Under the pieces are notes generated by a model. That model was not told the DNA's origin. It saw only the letters and a list, made by a program, of their open reading frames with translations, and ran no database searches. Source: Nitrospinota bacterium (lineage in GTDB: Bacteria > Nitrospinota_A > UBA7883 > JACRLM01). From it: DNA of 36,496 nucleotides. How positions within the stretch are numbered: position 1 is the stretch's first letter; every line of letters starts with the position of its first letter. The stretch spans positions 2,500-38,995 of the forward strand of contig JADGAO010000002.1 of the NCBI GenBank assembly GCA_015231995.1, read 5' to 3'. Of this stretch, positions 16,938 through 26,425 are shown piece after piece. Made by a program: the position numbers and the translations under genes.

Positions 16938-18260
16938 ATGACGACGCAAACCGCAGATACCCCGCGCGAGGTTGAAATCATCCAGGGGTTTATAGGAAGC
17001 CTGGTGTCGGGCATAGGCAAAGAACCCCTGTTATCCGTAAAAGAAGAATCCATCAGGCGGTTCGGCGAACTCGGCTTTCCCAAACGCAAGCATGAGATGT
17101 TCACCTATGCGGACACGCGGGAGCTTGCTGAAACGCCGTTTTCCGCGAGGCGGGTTTTATCCGCCGCCGGATTCGCAGAGCCGTTAACGGGCCATATACT
17201 CGCCGGGTGCGAGCGTAGCGTGATAGTACTGGTGGACGGCTACTACAGCCCCACGCTCTCCAATATCGCAGGGGTGAGCGACCATGTAGTCGTCACGGCG
17301 CTGGGCGTGGCGGCCCAAAACGGGCGTATTCTGGCCATGCTTGAAAAATCGGCCGCAGTCGAGACGGACGTGTTCGCCGCCTTGAACGGCGCGTTTTTCC
17401 GCGACGGCGCAATGATACGGATAAAGACCGGCGCAAAACTTTCGACGCCAGTGCAGGTTGTTCTGCTTTCGTCAGGCTCGAAGGATCCGCAGGTCGTCTC
17501 TTATCCACGGATACTCGTTGACGCTGGCGAGTCGTCGGAGGCCAACGTGATTGTCACTTACGCTGGATTCGGCGGGCCATACTTCGTGAACGCTCGTGAA
17601 GACGTCATTGTTGGCGATGGCGCGTCGCTTGGCTACTGCGTGATTCAGGCGGACGGGCCGGAGTCGTGGAACATGACGAAGCTTGCCGTGGATGTAGGCG
17701 CAAACGGACGGTTCAACCATACTATGGCGTTCAACGGCGGCAAGCTTGCGCGGAGGAATATCGAGGCGCGGCTGAAAGGCGAAGGGGCTAAAATCGAAAT
17801 CAGCGGCGCGTCCGCCCTTGCCGGAAAAGAACAGACCCACATTTACGCGCGGGTTTATCACGACGCCCGGGGGTGCGAAAGCTCCCAGCTGTTCAGGAAC
17901 GTGGTCGCCGGCGATTCCAAAGCAAGCGTGGACACCACTGTTATAGTCGGCTATGGAGCCTCAGGGTCCGTGTCGCGCCAGCTTGTCAACGCGCTTGTCC
18001 TCTCCAACGGGGCGCGCGCGGACGCAAAACCGAACCTGATGATTTACAACGACGACGTCAAATGCTCCCACGGCGCCACGGCCGGCGGCGTCAATGAAGA
18101 CCAGCTTTTCTACATGACCACGCGCGGAGTCCCAAGGGCGGATGCGGAAAAGGCGCTCGTCGCCGCGTTTTTGCGAAGCGTCACCTCGTTACTGCCCACG
18201 CCTGCTTCGGCGGAAACTGCGGAGGAGCTTATCGTGCGGAAAATGGAGAGATTGAAATGA
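16938..18260 (+). CDS. sufD: Fe-S cluster assembly protein SufD
   Basis: FAALNGAF, KPNLMIYNDDVKCSHGAT, LFYMTTRG; lies between sufC and sufS. Confidence 0.93.
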   Translation: MTTQTADTPREVEIIQGFIGSLVSGIGKEPLLSVKEESIRRFGELGFPKRKHEMFTYADTRELAETPFSARRVLSAAGFAEPLTGHILAGCERSVIVLVDGYYSPTLSNIAGVSDHVVVTALGVAAQNGRILAMLEKSAAVETDVFAALNGAFFRDGAMIRIKTGAKLSTPVQVVLLSSGSKDPQVVSYPRILVDAGESSEANVIVTYAGFGGPYFVNAREDVIVGDGASLGYCVIQADGPESWNMTKLAVDVGANGRFNHTMAFNGGKLARRNIEARLKGEGAKIEISGASALAGKEQTHIYARVYHDARGCESSQLFRNVVAGDSKASVDTTVIVGYGASGSVSRQLVNALVLSNGARADAKPNLMIYNDDVKCSHGATAGGVNEDQLFYMTTRGVPRADAEKALVAAFLRSVTSLLPTPASAETAEELIVRKMERLK

Positions 18261-19495
18261 GCGTCATCATGGAAAAAGAAGCGCTCGACGTCAAAAAAAT
18301 CCGGGCGGGTTTCCCCGAGTTGCTTCGGAGCGTCAACGCTTATCCGCTCGTTTACCTTGACAACGCCGCCACGGGATTAAAGCCGTCCGCCGTCATCGAA
18401 AGAATGCGCGCCTTCGATATGCTCGAATACGCCACCGTCCGGCGCGGCTCTTACAAAATAGGGGAAGAAGCCACGGAGCAGTTCGAATTAGCGCGGGCCG
18501 ATGTGGCGCGTTTCATCAACGCGAATCCTGGGGAGGTCGTATTCACCAGCGGCGCGACGCAGTCCATCAACCTTGTGGCGTCGTCGTGGGGCAGGAAGTT
18601 TTTGAAGGAAGGCGACGAGGTTCTCGTCAGCGCGATGGAGCATCACGCAAACATTGTGCCCTGGCAGATGGTATGCGCGGAAACCGGCGCAAAACTGCGC
18701 GTCATCCCTGTGGATGACACGGGCGAGCTTGTAATGGATGAGTATGCAAGGCTTCTTGGGCCGAGAACGAAAATTGTGGCGGTGACGCATGTCTCCAATG
18801 TTTTGGGAACCGTCAATCCCGTCAGGGATATCACGGCGATGGCGCACGGCGAGGGCGCAAGAGTCCTGATAGACGGGGCGCAGGCCATACCTCACATGAA
18901 AGTGGATGTTCGCGGGATTGACTGCGACTTCTATGTGTTCTCCAGCCACAAGCTTTATGGGCCGACCGGTCTTGGAGTGTTATACGGAAAAGCGGATGTT
19001 TTGGAATCCATGCCCCCGTATGTGACCGGCGGCGACATGATAGAGCGCGTGACGTTCGAGAAAACCACGTTCCGCAAAGCCCCCGCAAGGTTCGAGGCCG
19101 GGACGCCGCCTGTGACGCAGGTTATAGGGCTAGGCGAGGCCGTCCGTTACATCCAGCGCGTTGGGTTAGGCAGGATCGAAGAGTACGAGCGCGAACTGCT
19201 CGAATATGGCGAACGGACGTTATCGGCGATACCGGGGATCAGGTTCATAGGGACCGCTCCGGGGAAGGCTTCCATAATCTCTTTCACTCTTGGAGATATC
19301 CATCCGCACGACATCGTCACCGCGCTCGACCATCATGGCGTCGCTGTGCGCGGCGGGCATCATTGCGCCCAGCCGTTGATGGACAGGTTTGGCGTTCCCG
19401 CGACCGTCAGGGCGTCGTTCGCTTTCTATAACACGTTCGCGGATATCGCCACGTTGGCCGAGGGCCTGCGAGAGGTTGTGGAGGTGTTCTCCTGA
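18257..19495 (+). CDS. sufS: Cysteine desulfurase SufS
   Basis: YLDNAAT, EHHANIVPW, SSHKLYGPTG (PLP Lys), RFEAGTP, RGGHHCAQPL (group II catalytic Cys). Confidence 0.96.
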   Translation: MSVIMEKEALDVKKIRAGFPELLRSVNAYPLVYLDNAATGLKPSAVIERMRAFDMLEYATVRRGSYKIGEEATEQFELARADVARFINANPGEVVFTSGATQSINLVASSWGRKFLKEGDEVLVSAMEHHANIVPWQMVCAETGAKLRVIPVDDTGELVMDEYARLLGPRTKIVAVTHVSNVLGTVNPVRDITAMAHGEGARVLIDGAQAIPHMKVDVRGIDCDFYVFSSHKLYGPTGLGVLYGKADVLESMPPYVTGGDMIERVTFEKTTFRKAPARFEAGTPPVTQVIGLGEAVRYIQRVGLGRIEEYERELLEYGERTLSAIPGIRFIGTAPGKASIISFTLGDIHPHDIVTALDHHGVAVRGGHHCAQPLMDRFGVPATVRASFAFYNTFADIATLAEGLREVVEVFS

Positions 19496-19944
19496 TGTCG
19501 TACAAAACCGACCTTTATCAGCAGGTGATCCTGGATCACAACAAAAAACCGCGCAACTTCCACACGATGGAGGGAGCCACCCACTCATGCGAAGGGTACA
19601 ACCCGTTGTGCGGCGACAGGCTTACCGTTTATATGAAGCTCGACCCCGCCGGAGTCATTGACGACGTCAGTTTCACCGGTTCCGGTTGCGCCATCTCCAA
19701 ATCCAGCGCCTCGATGATGACATCCAACCTCAAGGGCAAGACGGAGGCGCAGGCGCGGGAGATGTTCGGATCGTTCCGCAAAATGGTGACGGGCGAAGCG
19801 GAAAACTCCGACGAAGAGAGGTTGGGGAAACTTTCGATATTCTCCGGCGTGCGGGAGTATCCGTCGCGAGTCAAATGCGCCACGCTCGCCTGGCACACGA
19901 TGGCCTCCGCGCTTGACGGAAGCGGTTCTACCACGACGGACTGA
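19495..19944 (+). CDS. sufU: SufU (SUF-system IscU-like) protein
   Basis: LYQQVILDH, NPLCGD, GCAIS, RVKCATL; no LPPVK motif. Confidence 0.93.
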   Translation: MSYKTDLYQQVILDHNKKPRNFHTMEGATHSCEGYNPLCGDRLTVYMKLDPAGVIDDVSFTGSGCAISKSSASMMTSNLKGKTEAQAREMFGSFRKMVTGEAENSDEERLGKLSIFSGVREYPSRVKCATLAWHTMASALDGSGSTTTD

Positions 19945-20007
19945 GACGGCGCTTTCAGTTCCCTGTTGGGCTGTAGCCAAATGGTAAGACAGAAGCTACA
20001 AACGCTG

Positions 20008-20091
20008 TTCGAGGTGTTCTTCACCTCGAACTCCTTGTCTTTTAATGGGGCTGTCGCCCAAATGCTCATCGGGGTGTTCTTCACCCCGATG
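20008..20091. repeat. Two tandem 25-bp hairpins (NNYCGRGGTG-TTCTT-CACCYCGRNN)
   Basis: GTTCGAGGTG-TTCTT-CACCTCGAAC (20007-20031) and CATCGGGGTG-TTCTT-CACCCCGATG (20067-20091), with shared flanks CAAAYGCT and TCCT. Confidence 0.85.
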
Positions 20092-20153
20092 TCCTAAAGT
20101 CAGCAATATCAGCATGAGTATATACAAAGAGCTCGAGGTGAAGGTACCCCTTT

Positions 20154-20250
20154 GTCCCCCGAAGTTCGGGGGACCGCAACGCAGTTGCGAGGGGGTTTAA
20201 TTAAACCCCTCCGGCGCGATTACGCGCCACCTCCCCTTTCTAAGGGGAGG
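20154..20250. repeat. Multi-hairpin CCCC/GGGG palindromic element, copy C
   Basis: GTCCCCCGAAGTTCGGGGGAC / CGCAAC..GTTGCG / GGGGTTTAATTAAACCCC / GGCGCG..CGCGCC / CCTCCCCTTTCTAAGGGGAGG. Confidence 0.8.
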
Positions 20251-20537
20251 GAAAAAGGATGGCCCGTACAAGAACACCCACGCCGAGCATTTGGGAGACA
20301 ACCCCTTACTGTTGGGCAGGGTTCCTGGTCGTTGCGCTTTACCCTGTTTTCAATCTTGAAATCTTGAATATATCCCTGTGTCGCTATTTGCTACAACTGT
20401 TGGAATTCACAACAAGAATTCTCGTTGACATTAAACCTAACTTATTATTAAACAGTCTGTTATTATTGGAGCGATAATTGCATTGTATGCTTTCGTTTGA
20501 AACGATAAACAATGCTAGTGGGAAAAAGATATAAATT

Positions 20538-22298
20538 ATGCCGATCCAGGAGAATTCGAAATTCCTGAAGACCATTTTTTGGGGTTCGTCCCTGGGGCTT
20601 GGGCTTGTTGGCGTCTTCGTGCTGACAGGTTATCTGATTGTTGACAGGTCCATTCATATTCAAGAGGTCACCTCCTCCGTAATAAACAGCGCCGGGCAGA
20701 GGCGGTGGCTGTCTCAACGCATCGCGCTAGAGGCTCTTCACATCGCAAGTTCCGATAACCAGGCGGAAAAAAAGTATTTGAGCGGCAGGTTGGCGGAGCA
20801 TTGCGACGACCTTGAGAATGTGCATAACTGGCTGATCAACGGGGAGCATCCGTTCGGCCTCAAGGGCGGAATGTCCCAAGACCTTCGAAAAATATATTTC
20901 GACGCTCCCAACAATGTCGACAGGGAATTGCGCGAATACATCGCTAACGCCAGGACGCTCATTAACTGGCAAGGCGAAAAGCTTTCGCACGACAATTTCC
21001 ACCTTACATACATACTCAACAACGCCGAAGGCCATATTCTCTCCGAGCTCGACAACGTCGTCAGAATGTATCAGACGGAAGGGGAGGCGATGGTGGCGGG
21101 GCAGAGATACCTGATGAAAGTAACGCTTTTCCTCACCCTGACAGCTCTGTTTATGGTGGCTCTGTTCATTTTCTGGCCTATGGCAAAGCACATAAACAAG
21201 GAAGCGATGGCCCTAGAGGCGGCCCGCCGCAATGCGGAGGATTCCACCAAACTCAAGGACAAGTTCGTCTCTCTTGTCGCTCATGATTTAAGGTCGCCAT
21301 TCATTTCGATGCTCGGGCTACTGAAGATGGTGGAAGAGAACGGCGACGGGGCCAAACTCTCCGAAAAGCAGAGACTCATTCTCGGCAGGGTGGAACAGAG
21401 CGGCGAAGGTCTTTTAAAGATGATAGACGAGCTGTTGAACATAACCAGGCTTCAAACCGGCAACATTTTAATCAGGCCCCGGTTCATCGAAGCGGCGTTC
21501 ATCGTCTCCTCGGTCGTCAACTCGCTGGAGCATATGGCCAAATCCAAGAAGATCGAAATCTCCAACGAGGTTCCGAAGGGGACGAGGCTGTACGCGGATT
21601 TTGACCTGATACAGGAGGTTTTCATGAACCTCGTTTCCAACGCGATAAAATTCACAAATCCCGGCGGCAAAATAGTTGTTTTCGTCCCGGAAGGGAAAAA
21701 GGGGATAGCGATCCGGGACACAGGCGTCGGGATGAACGACAGTTACATTTCCAGGATATTCAAGTATGAAGAGAAGACTACTACAACCGGGACTGGCGGC
21801 GAAAAGGGAAGCGGATTCGGACTTCCACTTTCGGCGGAGATAATGCTGGCCCACGGCGGGTCTCTGCGGGCAGAGTCCAAACCCGGTGAGGGAACCGTTT
21901 TCTACGCCGAACTGCCGGAGAAAAAGCCGCTGGCGCTTGTGGTGGACGACATGGATATCAACAGGGCGGTATTCACCAACGTGCTTGAAAAGGCGAGGAT
22001 GGAGGTGGTGTGCGCCGAAAATGGGGCGAAAGCCTTGAGGGCAATCGAGGAGCGCAGGCCGGACATTATCGTGACGGACATTCACATGCCGAAAATGAAC
22101 GGTTTTGATTTTCTCCACTACATACAGCGCGACCCGATACTTAAAAACACCCCGATCCTCGTCATTTCGGCGGACCCCGACAATGAAATACGGCAGAAAG
22201 CGTTTATGGTGGGCGCGTCCGATTTTATGCTACACCCGTTCGCGCCGGAGGAATTCCTCGCCCGCGCGCGCAGGCTCATAGATTGCGTGAAAAACTAG
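20538..22298 (+). CDS. Hybrid sensor histidine kinase-receiver with PilJ/NarX-type periplasmic sensor
   Basis: Two TM helices flank a domain that begins INSAGQRRWLSQRIA. H-box AHDLRSP, N-box NLVSNAIKF, DTGVG, GSGFGL; C-terminal REC domain (VVDD..DIHMP). Confidence 0.92.
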   Translation: MPIQENSKFLKTIFWGSSLGLGLVGVFVLTGYLIVDRSIHIQEVTSSVINSAGQRRWLSQRIALEALHIASSDNQAEKKYLSGRLAEHCDDLENVHNWLINGEHPFGLKGGMSQDLRKIYFDAPNNVDRELREYIANARTLINWQGEKLSHDNFHLTYILNNAEGHILSELDNVVRMYQTEGEAMVAGQRYLMKVTLFLTLTALFMVALFIFWPMAKHINKEAMALEAARRNAEDSTKLKDKFVSLVAHDLRSPFISMLGLLKMVEENGDGAKLSEKQRLILGRVEQSGEGLLKMIDELLNITRLQTGNILIRPRFIEAAFIVSSVVNSLEHMAKSKKIEISNEVPKGTRLYADFDLIQEVFMNLVSNAIKFTNPGGKIVVFVPEGKKGIAIRDTGVGMNDSYISRIFKYEEKTTTTGTGGEKGSGFGLPLSAEIMLAHGGSLRAESKPGEGTVFYAELPEKKPLALVVDDMDINRAVFTNVLEKARMEVVCAENGAKALRAIEERRPDIIVTDIHMPKMNGFDFLHYIQRDPILKNTPILVISADPDNEIRQKAFMVGASDFMLHPFAPEEFLARARRLIDCVKN

Positions 22299-22342
22299 GA
22301 CCCCATCGAGGGCCGCGCTTTGCCCGCGCCCACCTTGACCCG

Positions 22343-23461
22343 TTACCCGATATTTTTCCTGAACCGCATGACGCTGAAGGAAAGGAACGTCACTCCCAAC
22401 GCAAGCAGAGCCAGCTCCTGCGGCCATAGCGTGTCCAAGCCCATGCCCTTGAGGAATATCCCGCGTATTATCACCAGAAAATGCCGGAGAGGGTTTATCA
22501 GCGTGACCCACTGGAAAAAGACCGGCATGTTGTCCGCAGGGAATATGAACCCGGATAAAAGCACGAACGGGGCGAAAAACAGGAACGTCGCCATCATCGC
22601 CTGTTGTTGAGTTCTTGCGATGGTGGAGATGAACAACCCGAAACTAAGCGACGAAAGCAGAAACACGCCGGTTGACGCGGTGAGCAGAACCAGCGACCCA
22701 CGGATCGGTATCTCATACCAGTAAACGGCGACGATGGAAACCAGCGCCATGTCGAAAAAACCGATGAGCGCGAAAGGTATCGTCTTGCCGAGGATAAGCT
22801 CCACCGGCGTTAGCGGCGTGACCATCAACTGCTCTATAGTTCCTATCTCCCGCTCCCGCACGACGGCCATCGAGGTGAGAAGAAGGCTGATGAGCATCAC
22901 CAGTATCGCTATGACGCCGGGGACGTTGTAGTTCCTGCTTTTCAGGTCGGGGTTGTACCAGGCGCGTGTTTTCATGTCAACGATGACGGGCCGTCCCAAC
23001 ACAGATGAGACGGGAGCCTTCATGTCGCGCGAAAACTTCCCGGCCACCCTGGCGGCGTAGCTGATGGCGATAAGGGCGGTGTTGGAGTCCGTCCCGTCCA
23101 CAAGCATCTGCGCGGCGGTCGGCTTCCCCTTTTTAATGTCCGCCGAGAAGCCGTGGACGATGATGAGCGCCATCGTGGCCTCGCCCCTGTCGAGTATTCC
23201 GTCGGCCTCCCGTGGGGACTCCATGTTGTTTATTATCGTAAAATAGCCGGAGGCGGCCATGCGCCGGACGATCTCCCGGCTCTCATACGAGTTGTCGCCG
23301 TCGTAGACGACGGTTCGGATGTTGTTGACGTCGGTGGTCACGGCATAGCCGAACAAAAGCATCTGCATGATCGGCGCGCCGAACACCACACCCTTCATCC
23401 GCTTGTCCCGCAACAGCTGGATGAACTCTTTGACGACCATCCGCCAGATACGTTCTATCAT
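22343..23461 (-). CDS. ABC-2 type permease (YbhR-like)
   Basis: KEFIQLLRD, WYNPDL, REREIGTIEQLMVTP, LSGFIFP, GIFLKG. Confidence 0.92.
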   Translation of the reverse strand: MIERIWRMVVKEFIQLLRDKRMKGVVFGAPIMQMLLFGYAVTTDVNNIRTVVYDGDNSYESREIVRRMAASGYFTIINNMESPREADGILDRGEATMALIIVHGFSADIKKGKPTAAQMLVDGTDSNTALIAISYAARVAGKFSRDMKAPVSSVLGRPVIVDMKTRAWYNPDLKSRNYNVPGVIAILVMLISLLLTSMAVVREREIGTIEQLMVTPLTPVELILGKTIPFALIGFFDMALVSIVAVYWYEIPIRGSLVLLTASTGVFLLSSLSFGLFISTIARTQQQAMMATFLFFAPFVLLSGFIFPADNMPVFFQWVTLINPLRHFLVIIRGIFLKGMGLDTLWPQELALLALGVTFLSFSVMRFRKNIG

Positions 23462-23464
23462 CGT

Positions 23465-24574
23465 TCAGGCTATCTTCTTTTTAAGTTTCATGTTGGCCGC
23501 CGCAAAAACGACCGCGCCGAACAGGGCCAGCAGGGTAAGGTCGAACCACACCAGTGAAAGCCCGCTACCTTTCAGGAAAATCCCCTTGATGATCGTGACG
23601 AAATAGCGCGCGGGGACGATGCGTGTTATCAACTGCAACACATAGGGCATGTTGATGATGGATATCATGAAACCGGAAAGCAGGAACGCGGGCAGGAACG
23701 TCATCACCAGCGCGATCTGGCTTGCGGGAAGCTGGCTTTTTGTCATTATGGACACGAGTATGCCCAGGCTCAACACGCCGAACAAAAAAACGGCGGAGAC
23801 GACAAGAAGCAAAACGAGGCTCCCCTTAAGCTCCACCCCGAAAACGAAAACGGTGACGGAAACAGCCACCAGCATGTCAATGAACCCTATCAGGAAATAG
23901 GGGATCAGTTTGCCGATGATAAGCTCCGACGTTTTTAACGGCGTGGTGATCAACTGCTCCATCGTGCCTCGTTCCCACTCGCGGGCAATCGTCAGCGACG
24001 TGAGCAGGGCCGCGATGACCGACATGATGACCGCGATCAGGCCGGGGATTATGAAGTTGCGGGATTTGAGGTCTTCGTTGTACCAGACCCGGACTCTTGG
24101 ATCCACCGCCGGGGCGGACCGCCTTGGGGAGAGCTTCGCGGAAAACATGTCCGATGCGGCGGACAGGTAGCCTGCGGCGATGGTGGCGGTGTTGGCGTCG
24201 CTCCCGTCAATCAGGGCCTGTATCTGCGCCGGTTTTCCAAGCCGGATATTCTCGGAAAAACCGCGCGGAATGGCGATGGCGATTTTCGCCGCTCCAGAGT
24301 CTATGATCCGCTCTATCTGCTGGTAATCAACGGACGGGTCGACGATGATGAAGTAGCCGGAGGCCGAAAGATCGCTGGCGAACCTTCTGCTCACTTCGCT
24401 CTTGTCAAGGTCGCACACGACGGTTTTGAGGTTTTTGATATCCATCGTTATAGCGAAACCGAAAATAAAAAGCAGGATCAGCGGCAATAAGAACGCCATC
24501 GCCATGCTCAACGGATCGCGCCTGATCTGGATTATCTCCTTCTTTGCGATGGCGTAAACGCGGGCGATCCTCAT
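23465..24574 (-). CDS. ABC-2 type permease (YbhS-like)
   Basis: KEIIQIRRD, DGSDAN, REWERGTMEQLITTP. Confidence 0.92.
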   Translation of the reverse strand: MRIARVYAIAKKEIIQIRRDPLSMAMAFLLPLILLFIFGFAITMDIKNLKTVVCDLDKSEVSRRFASDLSASGYFIIVDPSVDYQQIERIIDSGAAKIAIAIPRGFSENIRLGKPAQIQALIDGSDANTATIAAGYLSAASDMFSAKLSPRRSAPAVDPRVRVWYNEDLKSRNFIIPGLIAVIMSVIAALLTSLTIAREWERGTMEQLITTPLKTSELIIGKLIPYFLIGFIDMLVAVSVTVFVFGVELKGSLVLLLVVSAVFLFGVLSLGILVSIMTKSQLPASQIALVMTFLPAFLLSGFMISIINMPYVLQLITRIVPARYFVTIIKGIFLKGSGLSLVWFDLTLLALFGAVVFAAANMKLKKKIA

Positions 24575-24575
24575 T

Positions 24576-25502
24576 TCAGGAGACCTCGATGAGATTGACG
24601 AACACGTCTTCCAACGACGGGGCGATCTTCTCGATACGGAGCGGCGTCATCCCTGCGTCTGCAAGAGCCTTGCGTATCGCAGGCTCCGCAACCATTCCGT
24701 CGTCCACGGTCACATGAAGAGCGCTTCCGAAAATGGACGGATCAAACCCTGAGGTGAAAAGAACTTCCATCGCCTCCACCGGGTTTTCCATCTCCACCTC
24801 CAGCACCTCCTTCGTCATGGCCGACTGCTTGAGGGTTTTCGGCGATCCTTCGGCGATGATCTTGCCACGGTATATCAACGCCAGCCTGTCGCAGTATTCG
24901 GCCTCCTCCATATAGTGCGTGGTGACGAAAACGGTGGCCCCTCCCTCCGCCATCATGTAGATGAGGTTCCAGAAGTTCCTGCGCGAAATGGGATCCACGC
25001 CCGATGTCGGCTCGTCCAGGAACAGGATGGGCGGCTCGTGCAGTATGGCGCAACCTAGCGCGAGCCGTTGTTTGACGCCGGTCGGAAGCGTTTTGGTCAA
25101 CGCTCCTCGCCTGTCCATAAGGCCGGCCATCGAAAGAGCCCAATCTTTGCGGCCTTGCGCTTTGGACCTGGGCACGCTGTATATTCCGCTGAAAAAGTCT
25201 ATGTTCTGCTCCACCGTCAGATCGTCGTAAAGAGAGAACCTTTGCGACATATATCCGATGATTTTTTTTATTTCCTCGGATTGCCTCATGATGTCCAGTC
25301 CGCCGACGTATCCGCCGCCGGATGTCGGCGTAAGCAGGCCGCAAAGCATTTTTATCGTCGTGGATTTGCCCGCTCCGTTCGGCCCCAGGAAACCGAATAT
25401 CTCACCCTTGCCCACCTCAAGGTCTATATGATCCACCGCCGTGAACTTTCCGAACATGCGGGTCAACTGTTCCACTTTTACAGTAACGCCGTTCCCGCTC
25501 AT
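24576..25502 (-). CDS. ABC transporter ATP-binding protein (like the YbhF C-terminal half)
   Basis: GPNGAGKS, YMSQRFSLY, signature LPTGVKQR, LDEPTSGVDP, TTHYM. Confidence 0.93.
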   Translation of the reverse strand: MSGNGVTVKVEQLTRMFGKFTAVDHIDLEVGKGEIFGFLGPNGAGKSTTIKMLCGLLTPTSGGGYVGGLDIMRQSEEIKKIIGYMSQRFSLYDDLTVEQNIDFFSGIYSVPRSKAQGRKDWALSMAGLMDRRGALTKTLPTGVKQRLALGCAILHEPPILFLDEPTSGVDPISRRNFWNLIYMMAEGGATVFVTTHYMEEAEYCDRLALIYRGKIIAEGSPKTLKQSAMTKEVLEVEMENPVEAMEVLFTSGFDPSIFGSALHVTVDDGMVAEPAIRKALADAGMTPLRIEKIAPSLEDVFVNLIEVS

Positions 25503-26425
25503 TTGCGTTCCACCAGCGAGATGAACATGTCCTCCAGCGACGGCGCGATTTCACGAGAGCCTTCCACGGGCAGGCCGTTATCCTTTATCACGGCGATCAC
25601 GCCACCGAGCCTGTCCATGGATTCGAGCGCCACATGAATCCTGTCTCCGTAGGCGGTGACTTTCAACACTCCTCCCAGGGGGCGGACGAGCTTCTCGACG
25701 GCGCGGACGGCATGGGTGGCTATCTCCACCATCGGCGCGCCAAGCGAATTTTTAATATTCTTCGGCGTGTCCACCACGATGAGTTTGCCCTCGTTCAAAA
25801 GCCCCACACGGCCGCACCGCTCCGCCTCGTCGAGGTAGGCCGTGGTGATGAGTATGGTCACGCCCTCTTTCAGCAGGTCGTACAGTATTTTCCAGAAATC
25901 GCGGCGGGAGACGGGATCGACGCCGTTGGTAGGCTCGTCGAGAAGCAATATTTCCGGCGTGTGTATCAACGCGCAGGCGAGTCCCAGCTTTTGTTTCATC
26001 CCGCCCGATAACGCCCCGGCCAGCCTGTCTTTGAACGGTGTGAGGTTGGAAAAACCGAGCAGTCGTTCGATTATTGCGGGGCGCTCCTTGCGCGTCACTT
26101 CGTAAAGGTCGGCGTAGAAAAGCAGGTTCTCCAGCGTCGTCAGGTCTTCGTACAACCCGAAGCGCTGGGACATGTAGCCGATTTTGTCTTTGACGGCCTC
26201 AGGATCGCGATTCACGGAAATTCCCGCGACATACGCTTCGCCGGATGTGGGGTCCATGATCCCCGACAGTATGCGCAGGGCCGTGGTCTTCCCCGCGCCG
26301 TCCGGCCCCACCAGGCCGAACAGCTCTCCGCGTCCTATCGAAAGGTCAAGTCCGTCGAGCGCCCTGACATCGCCGAAATGTTTGGCGAGACTGCGGGTCT
26401 CTATCTCGAACTCAGCCCCGCCCAC
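25499..26425 (-). CDS. ABC transporter ATP-binding protein (like the YbhF N-terminal half)
   Basis: GPDGAGKT, LSGGMKQK, LDEPTNGVDP; the H-loop is degenerate (TTAY). Confidence 0.93.
   Translation of the reverse strand: MGGAEFEIETRSLAKHFGDVRALDGLDLSIGRGELFGLVGPDGAGKTTALRILSGIMDPTSGEAYVAGISVNRDPEAVKDKIGYMSQRFGLYEDLTTLENLLFYADLYEVTRKERPAIIERLLGFSNLTPFKDRLAGALSGGMKQKLGLACALIHTPEILLLDEPTNGVDPVSRRDFWKILYDLLKEGVTILITTAYLDEAERCGRVGLLNEGKLIVVDTPKNIKNSLGAPMVEIATHAVRAVEKLVRPLGGVLKVTAYGDRIHVALESMDRLGGVIAVIKDNGLPVEGSREIAPSLEDMFISLVERK

Noticed and set aside
19967-20091. Complete tRNA gene or mini-CRISPR array
   Set aside because: No cloverleaf can be completed. There are only two full hairpin repeats, differing at six positions, and no cas genes.
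20019-20143. Retron msr-msd (inverted CTTCACCTCGA/TCGAGGTGAAG enclosing a hairpin)
   Set aside because: No reverse transcriptase in the window; the inverted match is explained by a partial copy of the hairpin repeat.
20425-20455. sigma70 promoter at TTGACA upstream of the kinase
   Set aside because: No good -10 hexamer at 16-18 bp spacing.
20152-20477. Small ORFs 20152-20367 and 20259-20477
   Set aside because: They run through a palindromic repeat and AT-rich promoter DNA and have no recognisable features.
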